Shown: positions 44,441 through 53,525 of the stretch, in pieces | How the letters are laid out: each line of letters starts with the position of its first letter | Position numbering within the stretch: the stretch's first letter is position 1 | Origin: Candidatus Zixiibacteriota bacterium | GTDB taxonomy: Bacteria > RBG-13-66-14 > B26-G2 > WVWN01 | Length of the DNA: 64,000 nucleotides | Assembly (NCBI GenBank): GCA_050117845.1 | Contig: JASFLY010000004.1 | Span: 32,001 to 96,000 of the forward strand | Direction of reading: 5' to 3' | Notes under the pieces: generated by a model | What the model was told of the DNA's origin: nothing | Database searches by the model: none | The model's input: only the letters and a program-made list of their open reading frames with translations | Made by a program: the position numbers and the translations under genes

Positions 44441-44462
44441 AAAAAAGGCCCGTCGCCGGGCC
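44441..44462 (-). terminator. rpmB terminator
   Basis: Minus strand GGCCCG-GCGA-CGGGCC-TTTTTT. Confidence 0.75.
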
Positions 44463-44484
44463 GATGTTGGTGCGCCGAGTCACG

Positions 44485-44673
44485 CTAGGCCTTGCGGGCC
44501 TTACCGGCCTTAAGGCAGCGGGTACAAACGCGCATCCTCATGACCCGACCGTCCACGCGTACGCGAACGCGGTGCAGGTTCGGTTTGAACTTCCGCTTCG
44601 TGACGTTGTGGGCGTGACTTATACTCTGGCCGAACATGGGCCGTTTGCCGCAAATATCGCATTTATAAGACAT
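44485..44673 (-). CDS. rpmB: 50S ribosomal protein L28
   Basis: CDICGK.PMFG..ISHAHN.TKR.F.PNL...VCTRCLK. Confidence 0.96.
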   Translation of the reverse strand: MSYKCDICGKRPMFGQSISHAHNVTKRKFKPNLHRVRVRVDGRVMRMRVCTRCLKAGKARKA

Positions 44674-44720
44674 AGCGTATCCCTTTCTGAGAGCGGGAAT
44701 ATATCATAATTAACAATACG

Positions 44721-45503
44721 ATGCAAGAAGAAAGTCCCCGTCTTTCTGTCGCCATCCTGGCCCATAATGAGGCCGGCGACCTGGCCGCCCTCCTCGAGAC
44801 CGTTACCTTCGCGGACGAGATAATCGTGGCCGACGCCGAATCCGAGGACGATACTGCCGAGGTGGCACGCCGCGCCGGGGCCCGCGTCATCCCGGTTAAA
44901 AACGATTACAATTTGAATATTAATAAAACCGTGGCCATCGACGCCTGCCGGGGGGAGTGGATAATATACCTCGACCCGGACGAGAGCGTTCCGCCGGAGC
45001 TGGCCGAGGCCGTCACGGCCGCCGCGGGCGGCGACGGACCGTACGCCGCGTACGAGTTCCCGCGCCGCAACAACTTCTTCGGCCGTTACCTGGGGCACGG
45101 CGGCGCCTACCCCGATTACCAGTTGCGCCTCTTCCGCCGCGGCCGGGCCCATTTCCCCTGCCTCTCCGTGCACGAGCGGCTGGAGGTGGACGGCCGCATA
45201 GGCCGGCTGGCGACGCCGCTCCTCCACCGGACCTACCCGACCGTAGCGGATTACCTCCGAAAGTTACCTATGTACGTGTCGGCCGGGGCCGACCACCTGG
45301 GCCGGCGGGGCCTCCGTACCTCCGTCGCGACGGACCTGTGGTACTTCATGGGGCGGCCGTGGATCCGGTTCACCCGGCGGTATATTTTCAAACTCGGCTT
45401 CATGGACGGCTGGCCCGGCTTCCTGGCGTGCGCGCTGGACGCCACGCAGGCCATATTAACCTACTACGAGTACCGCTCCCGGGGACGAAAAGGCCGGCCT
45501 TAA
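44721..45503 (+). CDS. GT2 glycosyltransferase (WaaE/KdtX-like)
   Basis: LSVAILAHNE, EIIVAD.ES.D.T, LDPDE, YPDYQLRLF, VHE, GFMDG..G. Confidence 0.88.
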   Translation: MQEESPRLSVAILAHNEAGDLAALLETVTFADEIIVADAESEDDTAEVARRAGARVIPVKNDYNLNINKTVAIDACRGEWIIYLDPDESVPPELAEAVTAAAGGDGPYAAYEFPRRNNFFGRYLGHGGAYPDYQLRLFRRGRAHFPCLSVHERLEVDGRIGRLATPLLHRTYPTVADYLRKLPMYVSAGADHLGRRGLRTSVATDLWYFMGRPWIRFTRRYIFKLGFMDGWPGFLACALDATQAILTYYEYRSRGRKGRP

Positions 45504-46706
45504 GTGCGAATACTCCAGATAGACAAGTTTCTTTTTTTGCGGGGAGGCGCCGAACGCTACATGTTCGACGTGGCCCGCGAGCAACGGCGCCGCGGCCACG
45601 ACGTCTTCTTCTTCGGGACGGACCACGCCGAGAACGTCGAGACCGAGCACCGTCGCTACTACCCCCCCTATCACGAATTCGCCGAAGGCCGGCCGGGCCT
45701 GGGCGCCGCGCTCTCGTCGGTCTGGTCGCGCGAGGCCGCCCGGTGCCTGCGGGCCTTCCTCGACGTCGCCCGACCCGACGTGGCCCACCTCCACAACACC
45801 GCCTATCACCTGACGCCCTCCATCGTAGCCGAACTCGCCCGCGCCGGCGTGCCGGCGGTGATGATCCTCCACGACTACAACCTCTTCTGTCCCAACCACT
45901 ATTTCTTCAGCCGCGGCGAGCCGTGCTACCGCTGTGCCGAGGGTCATTATTTTTCTTGTATAACCCGCCGCTGCGTGAAGGGGAAGCTGGGGGCCTCGGT
46001 CCTCGGTTACGTCGCGCACCTCGTCGCCCGGCGCACGGCAATCTACCACAAGCTCGCGCGCATCATCACGCCCTCCAACTTCCTGCGGGACCACGCCCGA
46101 AACGCCGGCTACGAACGCGTTACGCGCATGCCGTCCGTCTACGACGTCAAGATCGGGGAAATGCTGCCGAAGGAGGATTACTTCCTCTATGCCGGCCGGT
46201 TGGCCCCGGAGAAAGGCATCGACGTCCTCATTCAGGCCGTGGGCCTCGCCGGTTCCCACGTCCGGCTTAAAGTGGCGGGCAGCGGGCCGGTCGAGGCCGA
46301 GCTCCGGGAAACGGCCGGGGAGTACGCCGCGGGCCAGGTGGAATTTTTGGGGAAACTCGGCCCGGAGGCGCTTACCGGGGAGATGGCGTCGGCCCGGGCG
46401 GTCGTCGTACCGTCGGTCTGGCCGGAAAACACGCCCGCCGTCGTGATGGAGGCGCTGGGCGCCGGGGCCCCCATTATCGCGTCGCGGATGGGCGGCGTGC
46501 CCGAGATGTTCGACCACGGCGTGGAGGGCCTGCTGGTCGAGGCGGGGGACGTCCCGGGCCTGACGGCCGCGCTGCTGGAGCTCGCCGGCGACGCAGGCCG
46601 GGCGCGCGAGATGGGCGAAGCGGGCCAGCGGCGCCTCGCCCGCGACTTCTCGTTCGAAAAACACATGACGGAACTATTGGACCTTTACCGGGAGGTCGCG
46701 GCGTGA
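45504..46706 (+). CDS. GT4 glycosyltransferase
   Basis: GGAERY, PDVAHLHN, LHDY...CP, GRL.PEKG, PSVWPEN.P..VMEA. Confidence 0.9.
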   Translation: MRILQIDKFLFLRGGAERYMFDVAREQRRRGHDVFFFGTDHAENVETEHRRYYPPYHEFAEGRPGLGAALSSVWSREAARCLRAFLDVARPDVAHLHNTAYHLTPSIVAELARAGVPAVMILHDYNLFCPNHYFFSRGEPCYRCAEGHYFSCITRRCVKGKLGASVLGYVAHLVARRTAIYHKLARIITPSNFLRDHARNAGYERVTRMPSVYDVKIGEMLPKEDYFLYAGRLAPEKGIDVLIQAVGLAGSHVRLKVAGSGPVEAELRETAGEYAAGQVEFLGKLGPEALTGEMASARAVVVPSVWPENTPAVVMEALGAGAPIIASRMGGVPEMFDHGVEGLLVEAGDVPGLTAALLELAGDAGRAREMGEAGQRRLARDFSFEKHMTELLDLYREVAA

Positions 46707-47794
46707 GGGTGGCCATGATCGGCCTCAAGGGCGTCCCCGCCCTGCACGGCGGCATCGAGCGGCACGTCGAGGAGTTGGGCAAGAATCTGTCGCGCCTCGG
46801 CCACGACGTCACGGTCTACTGCCGCCGCAACTACACGGCCGCCGACGCCGCGGTCGAGGGCATGTCGTTGCGCCGCCTCGGAAGCGTCAACACCAAACAC
46901 TTCGACGCCTGGACCCACACGTTGCTGGCGTCCTTCGACTCCCTGCCCCGCAACTTTGACATCTATCATTACCACGCCCTCGGCCCCGCGACGCTCGCGC
47001 TCATCCCGCGCGCGCTGGGTCGCCGCGTCGTCGTCACGGTGCACGGCCTGGACTGGCAGCGCGAGAAGTGGGGCCGCGTCGCCTCCGCTTACCTGCGCAT
47101 GGGGGAGTGGGCGGCCGCCCGCCTCGCGACCCGCACCATCGTCGTCTCCCGCGAACTCCAGCGCTACTTCGCCCGGCAGTACCGGCGCCGCACGACCTAC
47201 ATCCCGAACGCCGTCGAGATGCCCGGCCCCGCGGATTTCGAGCAGCTCCGGCCCTTCGGCCTCGAGCCCGGCCGCTACCTCCTCACCGTGGGCCGCCTCG
47301 TCCCCGAGAAGGGCATCCATCACCTCCTCGAGGCCTACGCCCGGGTCGATACCGACCTGCCGCTCGTCATCGTCGGCGACGATCCGGACGGGAAGTACGT
47401 CGCGCGGTTGAAGGAGATAGCGGACGAGCGCGTACGCTTCGTGGGCTACGTTTACGGGCCGCCGCTGGCGGCGTTCTTCGCCGGCGCGTACCTCTACGTC
47501 CAGCCGTCCACGCTTGAGGGCCTTTCCATCGCGCTGCTGGAGGCGATGAGCCACGGCGCCGGCGTCCTGGCCTCGGACATCCCGGCCAACGTCGAGGCGC
47601 TGGGCGACGCCGGCTTCTACTTCCCCGGCGGCGACGTGGCCGCGCTGACCCGCCGCCTGCCCGAGCTGATAGCCTCTCCCGACGCCGTGGCCGAGAAGGG
47701 CCGGGAGGCCGGCCGGCGCGTCGCCGATCTGTATTCCTGGGATGAAGTGGCCCGCCGGACGGCTGCGGTTTACGAGGCCGCCCGGGGCAAGTAG
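46703..47794 (+). CDS. GT4 glycosyltransferase
   Basis: G.KGVPA.HGGIERHVEE, HGLDWQREKW, GRLVPEKG, EGLSIALLEAM. Confidence 0.9.
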   Translation: MRVAMIGLKGVPALHGGIERHVEELGKNLSRLGHDVTVYCRRNYTAADAAVEGMSLRRLGSVNTKHFDAWTHTLLASFDSLPRNFDIYHYHALGPATLALIPRALGRRVVVTVHGLDWQREKWGRVASAYLRMGEWAAARLATRTIVVSRELQRYFARQYRRRTTYIPNAVEMPGPADFEQLRPFGLEPGRYLLTVGRLVPEKGIHHLLEAYARVDTDLPLVIVGDDPDGKYVARLKEIADERVRFVGYVYGPPLAAFFAGAYLYVQPSTLEGLSIALLEAMSHGAGVLASDIPANVEALGDAGFYFPGGDVAALTRRLPELIASPDAVAEKGREAGRRVADLYSWDEVARRTAAVYEAARGK

Positions 47795-47795
47795 G

Positions 47796-49337
47796 CTAGC
47801 CGGCCTCCGCGGGCCGGCGATAAACGATTTCCCCTTTTACGGCCGTCGCTTCCACCTCGATGTCGGCCACCTCGGCCGGCGGGAGCGTTCGCGGGTCCCG
47901 CGCCACCGCGGTGAACGACGCCCATTTCCCGACCTCCAGCGTTCCCCGGTCGTCCTCGGCGAAGACCGACGCCGCGGCGCCCGTCGTGAACATGCCGAGC
48001 GCCTGGCCGAAGGATAGCCGCTCGCCCTCGGTGGGATGGTTCATCGCGGCCGCGATGCCGAGCAGCGGATTGATGGGGGTGATGTCGGAGTCGGAGCCCC
48101 CGGCGAGGACGATGCCGCGGGACAGCGGCGTCCGCAGGCGGTTGGTCCGCCGGTAGCGTTCGCCCAGCCGCGACTCGTACATCCGGCCCGGGCCGCCCCA
48201 GTACCACTCGAAGGCCGGCTGCATCGACAGCACGACGCCGAGTTCCGCCGCGCGGTCCATATCCTCGTCCGCTACGAGTTCGGCGTGTTCGACGCGGTGG
48301 CGGCAGTTCGGCCGCGGGTACTCCCCAAGGGCGGCCTCGTACGCGTCCAGGACCTGCCGCACCGCCCGATCGCCGATGGCGTGCAGGGCGACTTGCAGGC
48401 CGGCGGCGTGGGCCGCGAGGACGAGGGCCATGAGGTCGTCGTCCGCGAAGTAGAGTTCGCCCCGCGTCGTCGGCACGTCGGCGTAGGGCTCGCTTAAGGC
48501 CGCCGTCCGGGAGCCGAGCGACCCGTCCACCAGAAGGCAGCCCCCCAGCCGGGGAAGGCCCAGCTCCCGGACCATCGCCGCGGACGCCACCTGCGGGAAG
48601 ACGAACGTCTCGAGCGGCAGGCGGTCCTGTATCCCCATTAGTACGCGCACGTCGTCGGGGCCGAAGAGTTGTCCCCCCTCCAGCGCGCAGAGCGCGACGA
48701 CGCCCCGCGAGGCCGCCAGGGCCGCCGCCTCCTCGAACGCCCGGACCTTCGTCGCCGGCTCGAGGTGGCGGTAGAGGTTGGCCCGGGCGAGTTCGTTCGC
48801 CCGGCCGCGGAGCATCCCGGTGGGCCTGCTCTCGGCGTCGAGGTCCACCCCCGGCCAGGTCGCGTCCACCGCCAGGTGCCGCCAGGCCGCGCCGTTTACC
48901 GCGAGCGAGTGGGAGTCCACCCGCACGACGACGACCGGCGTGTCCGGCGCCGCGGCGTCGAGTTCGGCCCCGGTCGGGAGGCGCTTTTCGGCCAGATTGC
49001 TTTCGTCCAGGCCGTAGCACAACGCCACGTCGTCGCCCCGGCCCGCCGCCTCCCGCACGAGGTCGAAGACGTCGGCGAGGTTGCGGGCGCCGCTAAGGTC
49101 GGCGGCCCGGAGCGTCAGGCCCGTCTGGAGGAGGTGCGCGTGGGCGTCCCACAGGCCGGGCAGGACGACCGCGTCGCCGAGGTCCACGGTCGGAACACCC
49201 GCCCGGGCGAAGGCCTCGGCCTCGGCGGCCGGCCCGACGGCGACGATGCGCCCCCGCCGGACGGCGACGAAAGCCGCGTCCGCGGCCCCGGGGGCGGTTA
49301 TCACCGTTTTGCTTAAATATATGGTATCGGCGTCCAT
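47796..49337 (-). CDS. Metal-dependent amidohydrolase (YtcJ/Amidohydro_3 type)
   Basis: Start moved to ATG 49337. PGLWDAHAH, DGSLGSRTA, HAIGD, RVEH, GGSD. Confidence 0.88.
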   Translation of the reverse strand: MDADTIYLSKTVITAPGAADAAFVAVRRGRIVAVGPAAEAEAFARAGVPTVDLGDAVVLPGLWDAHAHLLQTGLTLRAADLSGARNLADVFDLVREAAGRGDDVALCYGLDESNLAEKRLPTGAELDAAAPDTPVVVVRVDSHSLAVNGAAWRHLAVDATWPGVDLDAESRPTGMLRGRANELARANLYRHLEPATKVRAFEEAAALAASRGVVALCALEGGQLFGPDDVRVLMGIQDRLPLETFVFPQVASAAMVRELGLPRLGGCLLVDGSLGSRTAALSEPYADVPTTRGELYFADDDLMALVLAAHAAGLQVALHAIGDRAVRQVLDAYEAALGEYPRPNCRHRVEHAELVADEDMDRAAELGVVLSMQPAFEWYWGGPGRMYESRLGERYRRTNRLRTPLSRGIVLAGGSDSDITPINPLLGIAAAMNHPTEGERLSFGQALGMFTTGAAASVFAEDDRGTLEVGKWASFTAVARDPRTLPPAEVADIEVEATAVKGEIVYRRPAEAG

Positions 49338-49355
49338 ACGACTTTCCGGCAGGCG

Positions 49356-49385
49356 TTGACACGAAATCGCCGGATATGCTAGATT
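49356..49385 (+). promoter_or_regulatory. Putative sigma70 promoter of pfkB-yggT
   Basis: TTGACA-18 nt-TAGATT with TG-c extension. Confidence 0.5.
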
Positions 49386-49435
49386 ATAGAAAATCACAAC
49401 CTGAAAATGAAGCATTATCGTAGAACGGAAGGTTT

Positions 49436-50335
49436 ATGAGCGTACTCGCCGTAGGTTCTATCGCATTCGACACGATTCAGGCGCCGGGCGGCCGGGTGGA
49501 AGAGGAACTCGGCGGCTCGGCCACGTACTTCTCGCTGGCGGCGTCGCTGTTCTCGCCGGTGGCCATCGTCGCGGTGGTAGGGGACGACTTCCCCGACGAG
49601 GTCGTCCAGATGTTAATGGACCGGAAGGTGGACTGCGTCGGCTTGGAGCGCCGCGCGGGGAAGACCTTCCGCTGGTGCGGCCGCTACGGCGAGGACGTCA
49701 ACGTCGCCATCACCGAACGGACCGACCTCGGCGTCTTCGGCGAGTTCAAACCGGTCATCCCGGACAGCTACCGCGACTACCCGTTCGTGGCCCTGGGGAA
49801 CATCGACCCCGTGCTCCAGCTCTCGGTTCTGGATCAGGTCAGCGGGCCGAAGCTCGTCGCCGCCGATACCATGAACTACTGGATCGACCGCCAGCGCGAC
49901 GACCTGGGCGACGTCATAGGCAAGGTCGACGTCCTTATCGTCAACGACGCCGAGGCCAAGATGCTGGGGAGCGACGACGGCCTCCTCCGCGCGATGACGC
50001 GCCTCTTGGGCCTCGGGCCGAAGTATGTCCTGGCCAAGAAGGGCGAACACGGCGCCGTTTTAATGTCCCGCGATTTCGAGTTCATCCTGCCGGCCTTCCC
50101 GCTGCGCGAGGTCGCCGACCCCACCGGCGCGGGGGACAGCTTCGCCGGCGGCTTTATGGGCTACCTCGCCGAGACCGGCGACGTATCGCCCGCCAACCTC
50201 TGCCGGGCCGTGGCCTACGGCGCGACCGTGGCGTCGTTCACCGTGGAGGGCCTGGGGACGCGGCGGCTGGCCGCGGCCACCCGCGAGGAAGTCGACGAGC
50301 GCCTGGCGCGTCTCGGCGACATGACCCGCTTTTAA
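49436..50335 (+). CDS. PfkB family carbohydrate/nucleoside kinase
   Basis: LGGSATY, N..EA, KKGEHGA, DPTGAGDSFAGGF. Confidence 0.92.
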   Translation: MSVLAVGSIAFDTIQAPGGRVEEELGGSATYFSLAASLFSPVAIVAVVGDDFPDEVVQMLMDRKVDCVGLERRAGKTFRWCGRYGEDVNVAITERTDLGVFGEFKPVIPDSYRDYPFVALGNIDPVLQLSVLDQVSGPKLVAADTMNYWIDRQRDDLGDVIGKVDVLIVNDAEAKMLGSDDGLLRAMTRLLGLGPKYVLAKKGEHGAVLMSRDFEFILPAFPLREVADPTGAGDSFAGGFMGYLAETGDVSPANLCRAVAYGATVASFTVEGLGTRRLAAATREEVDERLARLGDMTRF

Positions 50336-50343
50336 ATTACGAT

Positions 50344-50646
50344 ATGCAGTCAGCGTTATTAGTAATACTCCTAATCCTCGACCGGGCGATAGGCGTCTAC
50401 ATGCTCGTCATCGTCGCCCGGGCCATAATGTCGTGGTTTCGGCCCAACCCCCGCAACCCCATCGTGCGCTTTCTTTACGCCATAACCGACCCGATACTCG
50501 GGCCGGTGCGCGACCTCATCCACTACCGGCTCCGCCTCAACCTCGGCGGCATCGACATATCGCCGCTGGTCGTCATCGGGGCCCTGTGGGCCCTGCGGGC
50601 GGTGGTCATTCCGTGGTTGATAAATATCGTCTACACGATGGGATAG
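50344..50646 (+). CDS. YggT family membrane protein
   Basis: MQSALL...SWFRPNPRNPIVRFLYAITDPIL.P.R...GGIDISPL (C-terminal part of track ORF 49675-50646). Confidence 0.88.
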   Translation: MQSALLVILLILDRAIGVYMLVIVARAIMSWFRPNPRNPIVRFLYAITDPILGPVRDLIHYRLRLNLGGIDISPLVVIGALWALRAVVIPWLINIVYTMG

Positions 50647-50699
50647 CGGGCCTCGCCCGGGTTCCGGCGGCGTACTACGCCGCCCTTTTTTTAAGGATT

Positions 50700-52907
50700 A
50701 TGCCGGCCGTCGTTTTCGGGTTTTGTCTGGGCGCCGGGGCCATCGTCGCCCAGCTCGAGCTGTTGCGGGAGTACCTCTCGCTCGGCGGCGGCAACGAGAT
50801 AGCCGTCGGCCTCACGCTGGCGGCCTGGCTCTCTGCCGGCGGCGTCGGCAGCCTTCTCGCGCCGCGGCTCGTGAAACCTTCGTGGGGTGCCGCCGCGGCC
50901 TCGTTCGTCGCCCTCGGTCTGGCGTACGCCTTCGGCCTGGGGCTCGTCTGGGGGGGCCGGGAGACCTTGGGCGCATCGCCCGGCGAGATAGTGGGCTGGC
51001 TCCACGCCTTCGGCTTCGCCTTCGCCGTCGTGGGGCCGGCGGCCTTCTTCGGCGGCGCGACCTTCGCGCTCGTGGCCGCGGCGGCCGGGAAAGGCCGGAC
51101 GGTGTACGTCGCGGAGGCGGCCGGGTCCTGCGTCGCCGGCCTTCTCCTCACGACCCTTTTATACCGTTGGATGACGCCGGCGCTTTCGGCCGGCGCGCTC
51201 TGTTTTTGCGCCGCGGCGGCGGCCGTGGCCGCTTCCCGGGGTAAGGGGCAGAGTAAGTCGGGCCGCGGGGCCGCAGTCGCGCTGGCGGCCCTGGCCTTCG
51301 CCGGCGGCGTCGCGCTGATACTCTTCCGGGGACCCTTGACCGAGCGCTGGTTCTTCGAGCGCTCCTTCCCGGGGGAGGAGGTCCTGGCGTACCGGACGTC
51401 GCCCTACGGCGCCATCGTCGCGACGGAACGGGCGGGTCAATATAGTTTATACGAGAACGGCCTGCTGGTAGCCTCGTACCCCGACCGCCTCTCGGCCGAG
51501 GAGACGGTCCACCCGGCGATGCTGCTCCGGCCGGAGGCGAAGCGCGTCATCCTCTTCGGCGGGGGCCTTTCGGGCGCGCCGGCCGAGTTCGACAAGTACC
51601 CGGCGGTGGAGGAGATAACGTACGTCGAGCTGGACGCCGCGCTGGTCGAGGCCGCGGCCGGGACCTACGACCCGGATATCCTCGCGGGAGGGCGTATCCG
51701 GCACGTCGCCGGGGACGGCCGTCTCTGGGCCCGGCGGCGGGCCAGGGATGGGGTCGGCGGGGCCGACGTAATAATAGTCGCGATGCCGGCGCCGGCCTCC
51801 GCCCAGGTCAACCGCTACTACACGCTCGAGTTCTACCGGGACGCGCGGGCGCTCCTGTCGCCCGGCGGCCTTCTGGCCGTGAGCGCCCCCGGCGCCGCCA
51901 ATTATTATACCCCCGAATTATCGGCCTTTTTGAGTTCGACGCGGGCGACGCTGGCGGCGGCCTTCCCGCACGTCGCCGCCCTGCCGGGGGAGAGATTCGT
52001 CTTCCTCGCCTCGGCGGAACCGATAGACGCCTCGCCGTCGGCCTACGGCCGGGCGCTGGGCCGGACCGGCATCCGCAACGATTACCTGACCGAGACGGAC
52101 TTCCGCTACCGCCTGACGCCGGACCGCCGGGCCGAGGCGGAGCGGGCCGTTTCGGCGGACGAACCGCCCAACGTCGACTTCAAACCGCGGGCCCTCTACT
52201 ACGGCCTGCTGCTCTGGTCGAGCCGCACAAGCGACGCCGGCCGGGCCCTTTTAACTGCCGCCCGGGGCCTCAGTTTATGGTATATTATCGGGTTCGCCGT
52301 GCTGGTCGCGGCGCCGTGGTTTATTTGGCGGCGGCGGCTCGCCGGCCGGCCGGCCGTGGGCCTCGCCGTCGTCGGCCAGGGGTTCGTCGAGGCCGCGCTC
52401 GAGGTCTTGATAATATTCGGATACCAGGTCGTCTACGGCGCGGCCTATCTCGAAATGGCCCTTATCTTCGGGGCCTTTATGGCCGGCCTGGCGGTGGGGG
52501 GACTATTGCCCCGAACCGGCGCGAGGACCCGAGGCCGCTCGCGGCTGGTCGACATCCTCGGCTATACGATAATTATCGCCTTCGCCCTGCCGCCCGTGTT
52601 CTACCTGTTGTCGCGCTGGCCTGGGGCCCCCGCCGTTCTGGTGCACCTTGTATTCGGCGGCGTGTCGTTCGCGGCGGGCCTCTGCGGCGGGGCGCAGTTC
52701 GTCGTGGCCCTGCGGACTTGGGGGGAGCGCGGGGCGGGAATACTCTACGGAATGGATATGCTCGGCTCGGCGGCGGGCGCGGTACTGGCCGCGGCGGCGC
52801 TGGTGCCGATTCTGGGAATAGGCCGGGCCGCGATGGCGGTGGCGGCGGTGGCCGCGGCGGCGATGGCGGCCGTGGCGGCGGCGCCCCGCGAGGCCGAAAA
52901 CCCGTAA
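50700..52907 (+). CDS. Membrane protein with spermidine-synthase-like SAM-binding domain
   Basis: Start moved to ATG 50700. TM blocks flank SPYG, EETVH, GGG, YVELD, GDGR, NRYYT.EFY, L.PGG. Confidence 0.8.
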   Translation: MPAVVFGFCLGAGAIVAQLELLREYLSLGGGNEIAVGLTLAAWLSAGGVGSLLAPRLVKPSWGAAAASFVALGLAYAFGLGLVWGGRETLGASPGEIVGWLHAFGFAFAVVGPAAFFGGATFALVAAAAGKGRTVYVAEAAGSCVAGLLLTTLLYRWMTPALSAGALCFCAAAAAVAASRGKGQSKSGRGAAVALAALAFAGGVALILFRGPLTERWFFERSFPGEEVLAYRTSPYGAIVATERAGQYSLYENGLLVASYPDRLSAEETVHPAMLLRPEAKRVILFGGGLSGAPAEFDKYPAVEEITYVELDAALVEAAAGTYDPDILAGGRIRHVAGDGRLWARRRARDGVGGADVIIVAMPAPASAQVNRYYTLEFYRDARALLSPGGLLAVSAPGAANYYTPELSAFLSSTRATLAAAFPHVAALPGERFVFLASAEPIDASPSAYGRALGRTGIRNDYLTETDFRYRLTPDRRAEAERAVSADEPPNVDFKPRALYYGLLLWSSRTSDAGRALLTAARGLSLWYIIGFAVLVAAPWFIWRRRLAGRPAVGLAVVGQGFVEAALEVLIIFGYQVVYGAAYLEMALIFGAFMAGLAVGGLLPRTGARTRGRSRLVDILGYTIIIAFALPPVFYLLSRWPGAPAVLVHLVFGGVSFAAGLCGGAQFVVALRTWGERGAGILYGMDMLGSAAGAVLAAAALVPILGIGRAAMAVAAVAAAAMAAVAAAPREAENP

Positions 52908-52929
52908 CGTTTCAACTCGGGAGCACACG

Positions 52930-53523
52930 ATGGGAAACGCATTAGGCTCACTCGCATATCTCTGCGTCGGGACGCTCTTCGGCCTCGGCATGATGGCCCT
53001 TGTGGTAGTGGTCGCCCGGCGGCGCGCGGTCGTCGACGAAGCGCTTTGCAAAGCCTACGGGCCGCTCCACAACCTCCTGAGCGAGAACGTCGCCGCCCGG
53101 GCGAAGGTCGGCGAAATAGAGGACAAGCTGATGGAAAACTACGCCAGCGAGAGTTCTCCCTTCCCGCCGGAGGAGAAGAAGGCCGCGGCCGAAGCGTTCC
53201 TCGCGGCCGAGGTCAAAATCCTCGACGGCGTTATAAAACCCAACCGGGAACGCATGCGGGCGATAGTGGCCGAGTGGGGTCACTTCCTGCGCGACGACGA
53301 CTACCTCTCCCTGGCGGCCGAGCTGTCCCAGGCCACGACTTACCGGCTCCTTACCGAGGTCAGTATGCCCAAGACGCTACGGGGCGAGCGGCCTCCCGTC
53401 GAGAACGAGGCGCACGTCCTGGATCAAATCCGCGACACCTATCTGGACCTGAGCCGTGAACGCCGGGCCGGCTTCTTCCCGGCGGTCATGCGCGGCATCA
53501 AGTATTTGTTCACGAGCGAGTAA
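52930..53523 (+). CDS. Hypothetical protein with N-terminal TM anchor
   Basis: SD GGGAG; fills the gap between neighbours; non-shadow amino-acid composition. Confidence 0.65.
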   Translation: MGNALGSLAYLCVGTLFGLGMMALVVVVARRRAVVDEALCKAYGPLHNLLSENVAARAKVGEIEDKLMENYASESSPFPPEEKKAAAEAFLAAEVKILDGVIKPNRERMRAIVAEWGHFLRDDDYLSLAAELSQATTYRLLTEVSMPKTLRGERPPVENEAHVLDQIRDTYLDLSRERRAGFFPAVMRGIKYLFTSE

Positions 53524-53525
53524 CG

